DNA of 64,000 nucleotides from an uncultured Marinoscillum sp. (lineage in GTDB: Bacteria; Bacteroidota; Bacteroidia; Cytophagales; MED-G16): assembly GCA_902628365.1 (NCBI GenBank), contig CACOMW010000002.1, positions 5,298 to 69,297 on the forward strand. Direction: 5' to 3'. The translations under genes were made by a program, and so were the position numbers. Shown here piece by piece: positions 47,282 through 56,793 of the stretch (the stretch's first letter is position 1; every line of letters starts with the position of its first letter). A model generated the notes under the pieces. It was not told where the DNA came from, searched no databases, and saw nothing but the letters and a program-made list of their open reading frames with translations.

Positions 47282-47876
47282 AAGGATACTTTGCTATTTT
47301 TTTTGTTGAGTAATAACTGTCAAGTCCAGATATACATACTGTATCTAATTCTTCAAATTTTAAAGATCCATCTTCTTCAATTAACTCATTTCTAGTTTTA
47401 ATTTTTGTTACCCTACCAACTATTAAAATTGTATTATTAGAATTAATAGTAATCTCTTCTACCAATTTTAATCCAATCTTCACCTTGCTTTCTTTAACAA
47501 ATGGAGCATAGAAATTATCGATATACATTTCTTCTAATGAACATTTTTCAAATTCTGATTCTTCATCTTTAAATTTAGCAGAAGTGTAATGAGCTTTTTT
47601 TATATTGTCTTTCGATATATGATTTATAGTAAAATATTTTGTGTCTATAATATTTTTGTAGGTATGTCTTGGTACGGTATTTGGTCTGGTTACAATACCG
47701 ATAAGTGCAGGATTGGATCCAAGATGTATTACAGAAGAAAATATAGCTAAATTAGTTACTCCATTTTTTGATTTGGTGCCAATCAAATTAGCTGGTTTGT
47801 AACCTGTAATGCTATTGATAAGATTTAATCTAAAAACTTTATCTAATGATTTTATAGACTCTTCTGAGTAGGTCAC
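47247..47876 (-). CDS. Flavin reductase-like (FMN-binding split-barrel) protein
   Basis: ANLIGTKSKNGVTNLAIFSSVIHLGSNPALIGIVTRP resembles the flavin-reductase-like domain core. 209 aa. Confidence 0.62.
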   Translation of the reverse strand: MTYSEESIKSLDKVFRLNLINSITGYKPANLIGTKSKNGVTNLAIFSSVIHLGSNPALIGIVTRPNTVPRHTYKNIIDTKYFTINHISKDNIKKAHYTSAKFKDEESEFEKCSLEEMYIDNFYAPFVKESKVKIGLKLVEEITINSNNTILIVGRVTKIKTRNELIEEDGSLKFEELDTVCISGLDSYYSTKKIAKYPYAKRNELPKKW

Positions 47877-47878
47877 AA

Positions 47879-48565
47879 TTATATTTTTAATGTAGACATA
47901 CCTGAATCAACCCGCATAATTTGGCCAGTTATTTTATTACTTTCTTTTGATATCAAAAAATTTGCTACAGCTGCAACATCATCAGCTTCACATATTTTTT
48001 TAAGTGGGTGACTATTAGAAATATTTTCTTCTATTTTTTCATTTCTTAAAATATTTTTTGCCAACTCAGTTTTGGTAATAGTTGGAGCAATACAATTTAC
48101 ACGAACAGTAGGTGCAAATTCAGCTGCTAATGATTTTGTAATACCCTCAATTGCAGCCTTTGCTGAGGATATAGATGCGTGAAAAGCCATACCTTTAGTT
48201 ACTGCAACAGTACTGAATAGTACAATAGATGGATTTGATCCCTTTTTGAGTACATTTAAATACTTTTGTATTGACCGGACCGCACCTATAACATTAATTT
48301 CAAAATCATTTTTAAAATCTTCTTCTTTTAATTGAAGAAATGGTTTTAAAGTTATTGATCCTGGGCAGTAAACCAATGAATCAATAGAATCAATGTCTGG
48401 TAATTCATCTTTAAGAATATCAAGATTATACTCCTTGTAATTTTCATTGTTTACAGCAAGAGAATTTCTTGAAATATTTATACAATAATTACCAGTATTC
48501 AATTGATAATTTAGGATACTATTTCCTATACCTCTACTTCCACCTATTATTAATATATTTCTCAT
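47879..48565 (-). CDS. Short-chain dehydrogenase/reductase family protein (atypical active site)
   Basis: Cofactor motif IIGGSRGIG and the SDR-type segment RVNCIAPTITKT. The expected YxxxK reads ISSAK by eye. Confidence 0.8.
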   Translation of the reverse strand: MRNILIIGGSRGIGNSILNYQLNTGNYCINISRNSLAVNNENYKEYNLDILKDELPDIDSIDSLVYCPGSITLKPFLQLKEEDFKNDFEINVIGAVRSIQKYLNVLKKGSNPSIVLFSTVAVTKGMAFHASISSAKAAIEGITKSLAAEFAPTVRVNCIAPTITKTELAKNILRNEKIEENISNSHPLKKICEADDVAAVANFLISKESNKITGQIMRVDSGMSTLKI

Positions 48566-49038
48566 TTTTTAAATAATTTATTTAATTGTTTAGTTCTGAA
48601 TTCAAAAATATTTTTTAATTGATATTTCACAATTTTACCTCCAAAAAATCTACCGATAAAACCAAGTGGTAATTTAAATTTTACAACATCATAAGCCCAT
48701 AGTTTTTTATTCTTTTCTTCAAATTTATGTTCATGCTCCCAAAAACTAAAAGGACCAGATATTTGTTTATCTATAAATCCAAATGGTTTTTTAACATAAG
48801 TAATTTTTGTTGTCCAACCAACTCTGGTAAATGGAAATGGAGAAACTCTATATTTTATTATTAAGCCTTCGTACATAGTATTAAAATCTGTCAGAATTTC
48901 AAAATTCATATGCTTTGGAGTGATCTTAAATAAATTTTTTGGGTTCGAAAAAAATTGCCAACTCTTTGCTAAACTTGTATTAAGTTTTTGTTTTGATTTT
49001 AAATAGTAAAATCCAGATTTATATTTTATATTTATCAT
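48562..49038 (-). CDS. SRPBCC (START/Bet v1-like) superfamily protein
   Basis: 158 aa. The size and alternating beta/long C-terminal helix pattern are typical of polyketide-cyclase/dehydrase-like lipid-binding proteins. Weak, by-eye call. Confidence 0.5.
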   Translation of the reverse strand: MINIKYKSGFYYLKSKQKLNTSLAKSWQFFSNPKNLFKITPKHMNFEILTDFNTMYEGLIIKYRVSPFPFTRVGWTTKITYVKKPFGFIDKQISGPFSFWEHEHKFEEKNKKLWAYDVVKFKLPLGFIGRFFGGKIVKYQLKNIFEFRTKQLNKLFKK

Positions 49039-49109
49039 GAATCTTTATACTCTTTTTAAAAGATTTGGTTTACGTTTTTTAAATATTTTTTCTAATAAAT
49101 CTAAACGCT

Positions 49110-50060
49110 ATGATTAGAACAGTTTTGTTTTTGATTATTACACTTTTTGGTGTAGTTTCTTTATCATTTTATTATGACATTTTTAATGTCACTTTTTCTT
49201 TAGAACAGGAAGAAGCATTGTATGCAATGATTAAACTTTATTTATTTTCTGTAGCATATTGTTTTATTGTAAGTGAGCTAGCAGTAAATTATAGTCAAGT
49301 CGATAAATTTTGGAGTACAATACCAATAGCTTATGCTTGGTATTTTGCTTATGCAAGTGGAATGAATGATAGACTTCTGTTAATGGCTGTTTTAGTAACT
49401 GCTTGGGGAGTGAGATTAACATATAATTTCGGAAGAAAAGGTGGTTTCAGTATATATTTTTGGAAAGGAGAGGAAGATTATAGATGGGTAGAAGTTCGTA
49501 AAAGTATGGCTTTTTTGAAGGGTAGATTTACCTGGGGATTATTTAATTTATTTTTTATATGTTTTTATCAATTAGGATTAATTTTTTTATTCACTTTACC
49601 TATTTTAGCTGCATGGCAAGGAATGGATCAACCATTGTATTGGGCTGACTATCTTATTGCTCTATTAATGTTATTCGCCATTGTAATTGAGACAATAGCA
49701 GATGAACAACAATATAATTTTCAAACAGAGAAATATCGAAGAATAAATAATGGTGAAAAACTAGATGGAGACTATAAACTAGGATTTAGAACTACTGGAT
49801 TATGGGCTTTATCAAGACATCCAAATTTTGCAGCTGAGCAACTTATATGGATACTATTTTATTGTTTTAGTGTATCCGCTACTGGTCTTTGGTTCAATTG
49901 GTCCGTAATAGGATCTATACTGTTAGTTGTATTATTTAAAAATAGTGCAGATTTTAGCGAAGGCATCAGCTCGCGAAAATATCCAATGTATAAAAAATAC
50001 ATTGAAAATGTTCCAATGTTTTTACCGCTTTTTGGACTAAACACAAAGTGGAAGGACTAA
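49110..50060 (+). CDS. DUF1295 membrane protein (steroid 5-alpha-reductase / ICMT-like superfamily)
   Basis: Polytopic. The C-terminal signature GLWALSRHPNFAAEQLIW is the RHPNY-type motif of DUF1295. Confidence 0.75.
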   Translation: MIRTVLFLIITLFGVVSLSFYYDIFNVTFSLEQEEALYAMIKLYLFSVAYCFIVSELAVNYSQVDKFWSTIPIAYAWYFAYASGMNDRLLLMAVLVTAWGVRLTYNFGRKGGFSIYFWKGEEDYRWVEVRKSMAFLKGRFTWGLFNLFFICFYQLGLIFLFTLPILAAWQGMDQPLYWADYLIALLMLFAIVIETIADEQQYNFQTEKYRRINNGEKLDGDYKLGFRTTGLWALSRHPNFAAEQLIWILFYCFSVSATGLWFNWSVIGSILLVVLFKNSADFSEGISSRKYPMYKKYIENVPMFLPLFGLNTKWKD

Positions 50061-50063
50061 ATA

Positions 50064-50585
50064 TTATTTTCTAAATTCTTTATAAATCATGCTGGGTTGA
50101 ATGCTCTTATTTTTTTGATATTTATCACTTACATAGGTTTTGTAATCTCCATTTAAACTGTGATAATAAATTTGGCATATTTCGATTTCAGGATATATTT
50201 TAATTGGTTGAACACAAAAAATCTCTAAAGTCCAATAGCCTTCAAATCCAACGTCTCCAAATCCAGCGGTTATATGTACAAATAACCCAAGTCTACCAAT
50301 AGAAGATCTTCCTTCAAGCATGGGAACAAGATTTTGAGTTTTGGTATGCTCTTTTGTCCTTCCTAAGTAAAGTTTATTTGGCTTGAGGATTAAACCTTCA
50401 TTTGGAATAATTAGACTTGAAGTTTTCAATTCTTTTTTCATATCAAAAACTTCGTCTTCATAATACATTAACTTTTTATGAAGTCTTAAATTATAACTAT
50501 TAGGGTTAAGTTGATCTTCATTGAAAGGATCAATATGAATATCACTACCTAATCTTTTTTTTATTTCTAGTCCAGATAATATCAT
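50064..50585 (-). CDS. dcd: dCTP deaminase
   Basis: MILSGLEI N-terminus, GRSSIGRLGL, GFEGYWTLE. 173 aa. Confidence 0.85.
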   Translation of the reverse strand: MILSGLEIKKRLGSDIHIDPFNEDQLNPNSYNLRLHKKLMYYEDEVFDMKKELKTSSLIIPNEGLILKPNKLYLGRTKEHTKTQNLVPMLEGRSSIGRLGLFVHITAGFGDVGFEGYWTLEIFCVQPIKIYPEIEICQIYYHSLNGDYKTYVSDKYQKNKSIQPSMIYKEFRK

Positions 50586-50590
50586 TATTA

Positions 50591-51610
50591 TTATATTAAT
50601 TTTTGAAGTAAAGCCTTGGTTGCAATTATGCCTTCGTGTGGATTCAGATAATTTCCTTTGCCTCCAAATAGATTTAGCATAGCTCCTTCATATTCTATAG
50701 CAATATAACCTTCATATGAAGACTGTTTTACAATAGTAATCATTTTTTCAAAATCTGTATTTATATCATTTCCTTTCTCATCAAATTCATGCGATTTAGC
50801 ACTAATGCCTTTTGCAAATGGTAGGAGTTCCTCTACACCTTCATATTTGTCATATTGTTGATCACATGGTTTTGTTAGATTAGATAAATCCAACCGTTCT
50901 CTTTTCATACAAAACCCATGATTTCCGAAATCAGGAAGAGTACCTACAAATTCACTATTTACCTCTTTTATAACTTTAACCAACCATTTTGCATTTCCAG
51001 TTAATCCACCATGATTTTCAACTATTGTGCTTACGCCATATTTTGAACCAAAATCTGCTAATATTGATATGCTTTCAGCACTTGTTTTTAATATTTCTTC
51101 CTCTGATCCTACATCAGATTTTAAATTTACTCGAATAGAATGGCAGTTTATTTTTGATGCAACTTCAATCCAATGTTTATGAAATTCTATAGCCTTATTT
51201 CTTTCTTCTTTATTTAAGGAAGCTAGACTAGGTCCTGGCTCCATAGTTTGAATGTTAATATCATCTACAAGTATAATGGTATTTGAAACACCAAGATCTT
51301 TACTTTTTTGATTAAGATCATCAAGGAAATTTTTATTTTTTTCTTGATTCATAAATGCTATAGACCAATATTCTGCACCGTTTAATCCGTATGTATTTTT
51401 TACAATTTCTGGAAAATCTATTATATTAAATTTTCCAGCCATTAATAATGGAGCAAAAGAATAAGCTTGAAGTGATATTTTAAGATTGGAACTTTTTATT
51501 TTTTCTATACATGAAGAGAAAATAAATGGAGATGGAATCGTAGAAGTAAGAGATAATCCGAAAGAATATTTTAAACTATTTTTTATAAATTTTCTTCTAT
51601 GATTTTCCAT
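50591..51610 (-). CDS. Tat-exported sugar phosphate isomerase/epimerase (xylose-isomerase-like TIM barrel)
   Basis: Twin-arginine-like leader MENHRRKFIKNSL. TIM-barrel family blocks (IRVNL, IVENHGG, IAIEYEG). Confidence 0.72.
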   Translation of the reverse strand: MENHRRKFIKNSLKYSFGLSLTSTIPSPFIFSSCIEKIKSSNLKISLQAYSFAPLLMAGKFNIIDFPEIVKNTYGLNGAEYWSIAFMNQEKNKNFLDDLNQKSKDLGVSNTIILVDDINIQTMEPGPSLASLNKEERNKAIEFHKHWIEVASKINCHSIRVNLKSDVGSEEEILKTSAESISILADFGSKYGVSTIVENHGGLTGNAKWLVKVIKEVNSEFVGTLPDFGNHGFCMKRERLDLSNLTKPCDQQYDKYEGVEELLPFAKGISAKSHEFDEKGNDINTDFEKMITIVKQSSYEGYIAIEYEGAMLNLFGGKGNYLNPHEGIIATKALLQKLI

Positions 51611-51683
51611 TCTATTTGCTTTTATTAGATCTGATAAAATTATTACTTTTTTAACTTATATTACAACATAATTTAATCTGATT

Positions 51684-52682
51684 ATGAAAAACAAATCTAT
51701 AATTTTTACAAAAAGACCAAAGGACTTTCCTACAAATGAAAATTTTTCAGTTCAAGATGATATTGTTCCAGTTCTTAATGATAATCAAATACTCCTCAAG
51801 ACAGTTTATGTATCTGTAGATCCATATTTAAGGGGAAGAATGAATAATGTAAAATCTTATATTCCACCTTTTGAAGTAGGGGAGCCTATGAAGTCTACTA
51901 TAGTTGCAGAGGTTATTGAATCAAAAAATAAAAATTATTCTGTTGGATCTCACTTATATGGCATGCTAGATTGGAAAACTTTTCAAGTTTCTGATGGAAC
52001 TGGATTATTTCCTATCCCCAAAGATCTTGCGCCTCTTTCATCTTACCTTGGAGTGCTAGGAGTAACAGGCTTAACTGCATACTTTGGATTGTTAGAGATA
52101 GGTAAACCTAAAGAAAACGAAACATTATTGGTTTCAGGAGCTGCTGGAGCTGTTGGTATTACTGTTTCACAAATAGGAAAAATAAAAGGATGCAGAGTGG
52201 TCGGTATAGCTGGTTCAGATGAAAAAGTTGATAGGCTAAAAAATAAATTTGGATTAGATGCAGCAATAAATTATAAAAACAATAAAAATCTTTTAAATGA
52301 ACTAAAAACTGCTTGTCCAAATGGAGTTGATGTATATTTTGATAATGTTGGCGGAGAAGTATCTGATACAGTTTTTTACCTTACAAATAATTTTTGTAGG
52401 ATTCCTGTATGCGGTGCTATATCTCAATACAATCAACCAACTCTTCCAGTTGGACCAAGAAATAATCCTTTTATTATTAGTAGAAGAATAAAAATGCAAG
52501 GTTTTATTGTATTCGATTATTCAGATAAATATTTAGAAGCACAAATGCAGTTGGCAAGTTGGATGAAAGAAGGAAAAGTAACTTTAGAAGAAACCATTAT
52601 AGAAGGATTTGAAAATATTCCAGATGCTTTTCTTGGATTATTTAATGGAAAAAATTTCGGAAAAATGATTGTTAAAATTTAA
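51684..52682 (+). CDS. NADP-dependent oxidoreductase, MDR family (alkenal/one reductase, YncB/CurA-like)
   Basis: VSGAAGAVG cofactor motif, YLGVLGVTGLTAYFGL, and the C-terminal GKNFGKMIVKI ending typical of the LTB4-dehydrogenase-like subgroup. Confidence 0.85.
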   Translation: MKNKSIIFTKRPKDFPTNENFSVQDDIVPVLNDNQILLKTVYVSVDPYLRGRMNNVKSYIPPFEVGEPMKSTIVAEVIESKNKNYSVGSHLYGMLDWKTFQVSDGTGLFPIPKDLAPLSSYLGVLGVTGLTAYFGLLEIGKPKENETLLVSGAAGAVGITVSQIGKIKGCRVVGIAGSDEKVDRLKNKFGLDAAINYKNNKNLLNELKTACPNGVDVYFDNVGGEVSDTVFYLTNNFCRIPVCGAISQYNQPTLPVGPRNNPFIISRRIKMQGFIVFDYSDKYLEAQMQLASWMKEGKVTLEETIIEGFENIPDAFLGLFNGKNFGKMIVKI

Positions 52683-52693
52683 ATTTGAATATT

Positions 52694-53113
52694 ATGAAAA
52701 GAAAAATTAACGCAATATGGAAAGGAGATGGGGCTGATGGAACTGGGGTATTAACTGCACAAAGTGGTGCATTTAATAATATGCCTTATAGTTTTAAAAC
52801 GAGATTTAAAAATGATGATGGTACTTTAGGAACGAATCCTGAAGAACTTATTGCTGCAGCCCATGCTGGATGTTTCAATATGAAATTGAGCTTTGTATTA
52901 AATGAGTCTGACTATAATCCGGAAGAATTAAATACAGATGCAGTTTTAACTTTTGAAGATGGAAAAGTAATTTCTATAGAATTAAATTTAAAAGCTAAAG
53001 TCCCTAATATAGATGAAGAAAAATTTCAAGAATTAGCAGAAGAGGCTAAAGAAAATTGTCCTATTTCTGGCGCATTAAATTGTGATATTATTTTGAAAGC
53101 GACTTTAATTTAA
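52694..53113 (+). CDS. osmC: OsmC family peroxiredoxin
   Basis: Two conserved Cys contexts, AAHAGCF and NCPISGAL. About 140 aa. The ORF opens at TTG 52685 and the likely start is ATG 52694. Confidence 0.85.
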   Translation: MKRKINAIWKGDGADGTGVLTAQSGAFNNMPYSFKTRFKNDDGTLGTNPEELIAAAHAGCFNMKLSFVLNESDYNPEELNTDAVLTFEDGKVISIELNLKAKVPNIDEEKFQELAEEAKENCPISGALNCDIILKATLI

Positions 53114-53137
53114 TTTTTTTTTTATTATTTTCGCAGC

Positions 53138-53449
53138 ATGAAAAAGATGTTTCTTTCTTTATTTTTATCATTTATTATATTACTTCCTACTATTATTGAA
53201 GTATCCGCACATTTATCAGATCATAATCATGAAATGTGTAATAAAGATGGAATCCATTTTCATGAAAACGAATTCGACTGTAGTACATGCTTAATAAATA
53301 AAATTAACTCTGAAGAGTACATAAACTTAACTCTTATATTATTCGAAACTGATGGTATAATTGATAATTATAAAATTGATTTGTATCATTATTCTGGAAA
53401 TTTTCACTTAATTCCTTTATCTAGAGGGCCACCTGAAAATATATCATAA
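53138..53449 (+). CDS. Small His/Cys-rich exported or membrane-anchored protein, unknown family
   Basis: N-terminal hydrophobic leader, then HLSDHNHEMCNKDGIHFHENEFDCSTC (5 His, 3 Cys including a CxxC). 103 aa. Confidence 0.45.
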   Translation: MKKMFLSLFLSFIILLPTIIEVSAHLSDHNHEMCNKDGIHFHENEFDCSTCLINKINSEEYINLTLILFETDGIIDNYKIDLYHYSGNFHLIPLSRGPPENIS

Positions 53450-53525
53450 TTCAATTATGAGGTTTTTTGTAACCTGAGATTTTAATCTCAAATACAATCT
53501 TTTTTTAAACTTAAATTTTTATACG

Positions 53526-54137
53526 ATGAAATTACAATTAAAACAATACTATTTGTTTACATTATTATTTTCTATGATTTTTCTTTATTCGTGTGATGAG
53601 GATGATGCAGCACCGGCTGAAGAAAATGAAGAGGAAGTTATCACTGATATCAAGCTTATATTTACTAATAAAGCAGATGCAAATGATAAAGTTGAGGCTA
53701 AAGCAAAAGATCCTGATGGTGAAGGTACTAAGGAGCTTGAAGTTTCTGATGCAATTAGCTTAAAAGCCGCTACTTCATATACTCTTACTTTTGAGATTAT
53801 GAATAATTTAGAAACTCCGGGAGAAGATATTGGAGAGGAAGTAAAAGAAGAAGGAGCTGAACACCAAATTTTCTTTTCTTTTACTGACGATGCTTTTTCA
53901 GATCCTGCAGGAAATGGAAATATTGATAATGCATCTGATAAGATAAATTATAAGGATACTGACTCTAACGGAAATCCTATTGGATTAATTACTGAATGGA
54001 CTACTGGTTCAAATGCTGTTTCAAATGGTGAATTTGTTGTAAGACTACAACATCAGCCAGATGTAAAAACTAGTACTTCTACAGCTACAACGGGAGATAC
54101 AGATTTTAATTTGAAATTTGTATTAAATATCCAGTAA
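53526..54137 (+). CDS. Acidic lipoprotein, unknown function
   Basis: Lipobox LYSC followed by an acidic linker DEDDAAPAEENEEE. The body is beta-rich. A strong terminator follows. Confidence 0.5.
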   Translation: MKLQLKQYYLFTLLFSMIFLYSCDEDDAAPAEENEEEVITDIKLIFTNKADANDKVEAKAKDPDGEGTKELEVSDAISLKAATSYTLTFEIMNNLETPGEDIGEEVKEEGAEHQIFFSFTDDAFSDPAGNGNIDNASDKINYKDTDSNGNPIGLITEWTTGSNAVSNGEFVVRLQHQPDVKTSTSTATTGDTDFNLKFVLNIQ

Positions 54138-54169
54138 TTATTATGTAAAATACATAAGTATATTATATT

Positions 54170-54206
54170 AATACCGGCATTAATAATTATTAATGCCGGT
54201 ATTTTT
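54170..54206 (+). terminator. Rho-independent terminator
   Basis: Perfect palindrome AATACCGGCATTAATAA/TTATTAATGCCGGTATT (54170..54203) with a GC core CCGGC/GCCGG, running into a T run to 54206. It begins 33 nt after the stop codon. Confidence 0.7.
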
Positions 54207-54262
54207 ATTTTTAGTTTATCTCATAAACATAGGGTAAGTATGCTTATTTTTACATTATCTTA

Positions 54263-56650
54263 ATGAGAATTTTATTTTTGCTTATTTCTTTTATTATAAT
54301 AAATAGTAATATTTATTCTCAGAATGACTGTTCTCTTTCTGTAAATGGAAAAGTTTTAGATAATGAGACTAAGGAGCCTCTATCTAGTGTTTTGATTAGA
54401 GTTGATCAATCACAAGAATTTGCTATTTCTGATGAAGAGGGAAAATTTATTTTAGATAATTTATGCTCTTATAATTTTAAATCAATTATCACAAGAGTTG
54501 GTTATTATGATTCTATTTTCCAAATCAATGAAAAAAATGTAACGATATATTTATCTCAAGAAACTGTCGAACTAAATTCTATTTTGATTATTGATGAAAA
54601 AGAAGAAAATGTAGGAATTAGAAGTATATCTCAAAGATCGATTAATATAAAAGATAAAAATATTAATCCAACCCAATCTCTAGCAAATCTGATCAGTAGT
54701 ATTGATGGAGTAACATTCTCTTCAGTAGGATCTAACGTTGAGATTCCTGTTATTCATGGATTATACGGTAATAGAATATTAGTTTTAAACAATTATGTTA
54801 AACATGGTTTTCAAAATTGGGGTAAGGATCATGCACCGGAAATTAATATATCCTCATCTGAAGTTGTAACTGTAATAAAAGGATCATCAGGGGTTCGGTT
54901 TGGACCAGAGGGTATTGGGGGAGCTATAATAATTCAACCTAATTTAATAAAATTGAATAATCCATTTTATTTAGACTTAGGTACTGGCTTTCAAAGTAAT
55001 GGAAATGGTTATAATTTTAATTTTAAAACAGGTAAAGGGTATAAAAAATTTGGTTATTTTTTAAGTGCAGATTATATTAAAATTGGTGATAGACATGCCC
55101 CATCATACTCCCTTACCAATTCGGGAAAAGAAGAAAAAGCATTAAACCTTGGGATTCACAACCATTTAAACAATTTTGATATTAAAATGTATTATAGTTA
55201 TTTAGATCAAAATTTAGCTTTATTAAGATCCTCTTTCTTCCAAAGTGGAGAGGCAATATCTAGGGCAATAAGTTCTGATGTTCCATTATTTATTAGACCT
55301 TTTTCATATAAAATTGATGAACCATATCAAGATGTGGCTCATCACTTTGCTAAAGCTAAAGTAGACTGGTGGTATAAAGAAGATGAAAAAATATCTCTAA
55401 CATTTGGTGGACAATTAAATAAAAGAAAAGAATTTGATGTTAGAAGAAATGCTGAAAAACCTATAATAGATTTAGATTTAAATACATTTGATTATTTACT
55501 TGAATGGGACCACTCATTTGGTGAAGGTTCTGAGGGATTAGTTGGTATTCATTATTTTAATCAGGATAATGATAATAATCCAGGAACTGGTACTACTCCT
55601 TACATTCCAAACTATAATATCGATCGATTGAGTTTATTTATTTTAGAATCAAAAAAATTTGGAAAAAATTTAATTGAAGCAGGCGTACGATTTGATAACG
55701 AAACTAGTAGTGTGAGAGGAAGAGAAACCAATCAAAATATTTTTAGAGATAAATTCAGTAAATCCAATGTAACTTTTTCTATTGGATATCAAAATGAAGT
55801 TTCAGAAAGCTTTTTATTTAGATCAAATTTTGGTTCGGCATGGAGAACACCAAATATGGCTGAGCTATATACTTTTGGAGCTCATGGTTTTAAATCAACT
55901 TTTGGTCTTTTTAGATATTATATTCAGGATTCAAATTTTAATACAGACCGGGTTATAAAAATGGAAGAAAACTTAGTTTCATCTGAAAAAGCTTTCAAAT
56001 TTATAAATGAGTTTGAAATAAATAAATATAAAACCAATTTAAAATTTACTTTATTTTCTAATTATATTTTAAATTATGTTTTTGAAAGACCTATTGGTAT
56101 TTATGGGACAATTAGAGGTCCAATGCCTTATTTTATATATGATCAAGCTGATGTAATATTTTTAGGTTCAGATTTTTCTTTTAAAAGAGAAATTTCAAAA
56201 AAAATAACTTCTGATTTTGTTTTTAACTATTTATGGTCTAAGAATTTATTTAAGAACGAAAAATTAATTGACCAACCTCCGATCAGAATAAGCAATAATT
56301 TTATTTGGAATATAAACTCTTTTTGGAAAATAAATTCTTCAGAAATTTCCCTTTTACCAAGTTATACATTCAAACAATTTCAGGCGCCAATTGCCATTTC
56401 TCCTAAAGATTTAATTGATGGATCAATTAGTATAAATCAAGATTCTGAAATTTTTGATTTTAAAGATGCCCCGGATGGATATTTATTGTTGGATCTTTCA
56501 TGGAAAGTCAATGTAAATGATTTATCTTTTTCTTTCATGGTTAAAAATCTATTGAACAAAAAATACAGAAGCTATTTAAATCATATGAGATATTTTGCAG
56601 ACGAGGTAGGAAGAAATTTTATATTTAATCTCTCTTATTCATTTAAATAG
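54263..56650 (+). CDS. TonB-dependent receptor with N-terminal CarboxypepD_reg-like domain
   Basis: Signal peptide. Carboxypeptidase-regulatory-like segment GKVLDNETKEPLSSVLIRV...DEEGKFIL. Plug region (IPVIHGLYGNRILVLNN) and a long beta-barrel. No SusD partner. Confidence 0.8.
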   Translation: MRILFLLISFIIINSNIYSQNDCSLSVNGKVLDNETKEPLSSVLIRVDQSQEFAISDEEGKFILDNLCSYNFKSIITRVGYYDSIFQINEKNVTIYLSQETVELNSILIIDEKEENVGIRSISQRSINIKDKNINPTQSLANLISSIDGVTFSSVGSNVEIPVIHGLYGNRILVLNNYVKHGFQNWGKDHAPEINISSSEVVTVIKGSSGVRFGPEGIGGAIIIQPNLIKLNNPFYLDLGTGFQSNGNGYNFNFKTGKGYKKFGYFLSADYIKIGDRHAPSYSLTNSGKEEKALNLGIHNHLNNFDIKMYYSYLDQNLALLRSSFFQSGEAISRAISSDVPLFIRPFSYKIDEPYQDVAHHFAKAKVDWWYKEDEKISLTFGGQLNKRKEFDVRRNAEKPIIDLDLNTFDYLLEWDHSFGEGSEGLVGIHYFNQDNDNNPGTGTTPYIPNYNIDRLSLFILESKKFGKNLIEAGVRFDNETSSVRGRETNQNIFRDKFSKSNVTFSIGYQNEVSESFLFRSNFGSAWRTPNMAELYTFGAHGFKSTFGLFRYYIQDSNFNTDRVIKMEENLVSSEKAFKFINEFEINKYKTNLKFTLFSNYILNYVFERPIGIYGTIRGPMPYFIYDQADVIFLGSDFSFKREISKKITSDFVFNYLWSKNLFKNEKLIDQPPIRISNNFIWNINSFWKINSSEISLLPSYTFKQFQAPIAISPKDLIDGSISINQDSEIFDFKDAPDGYLLLDLSWKVNVNDLSFSFMVKNLLNKKYRSYLNHMRYFADEVGRNFIFNLSYSFK

Positions 56651-56793
56651 AAATAAACTGCGATAAACAAATAAAAACCAAAAATATTCCACTTAAAATT
56701 TCTAAAGCTCTTAGGTGTAAAGTTGAGGATTTATTTAAGTTACCTTAGAAACAGTATTATACTATTTTTATATTTATCTTGCAAAAATAAAAA

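Noticed and set aside
56651-56793. 143-nt leader upstream of the second TonB-dependent receptor as a possible cobalamin or other riboswitch
   Set aside because: It is AT-rich, with no B12-box-like GCCACTG core or extended conserved helices visible. It is too unstructured by eye. A covariance-model scan (Rfam/Infernal) would be the decisive check.
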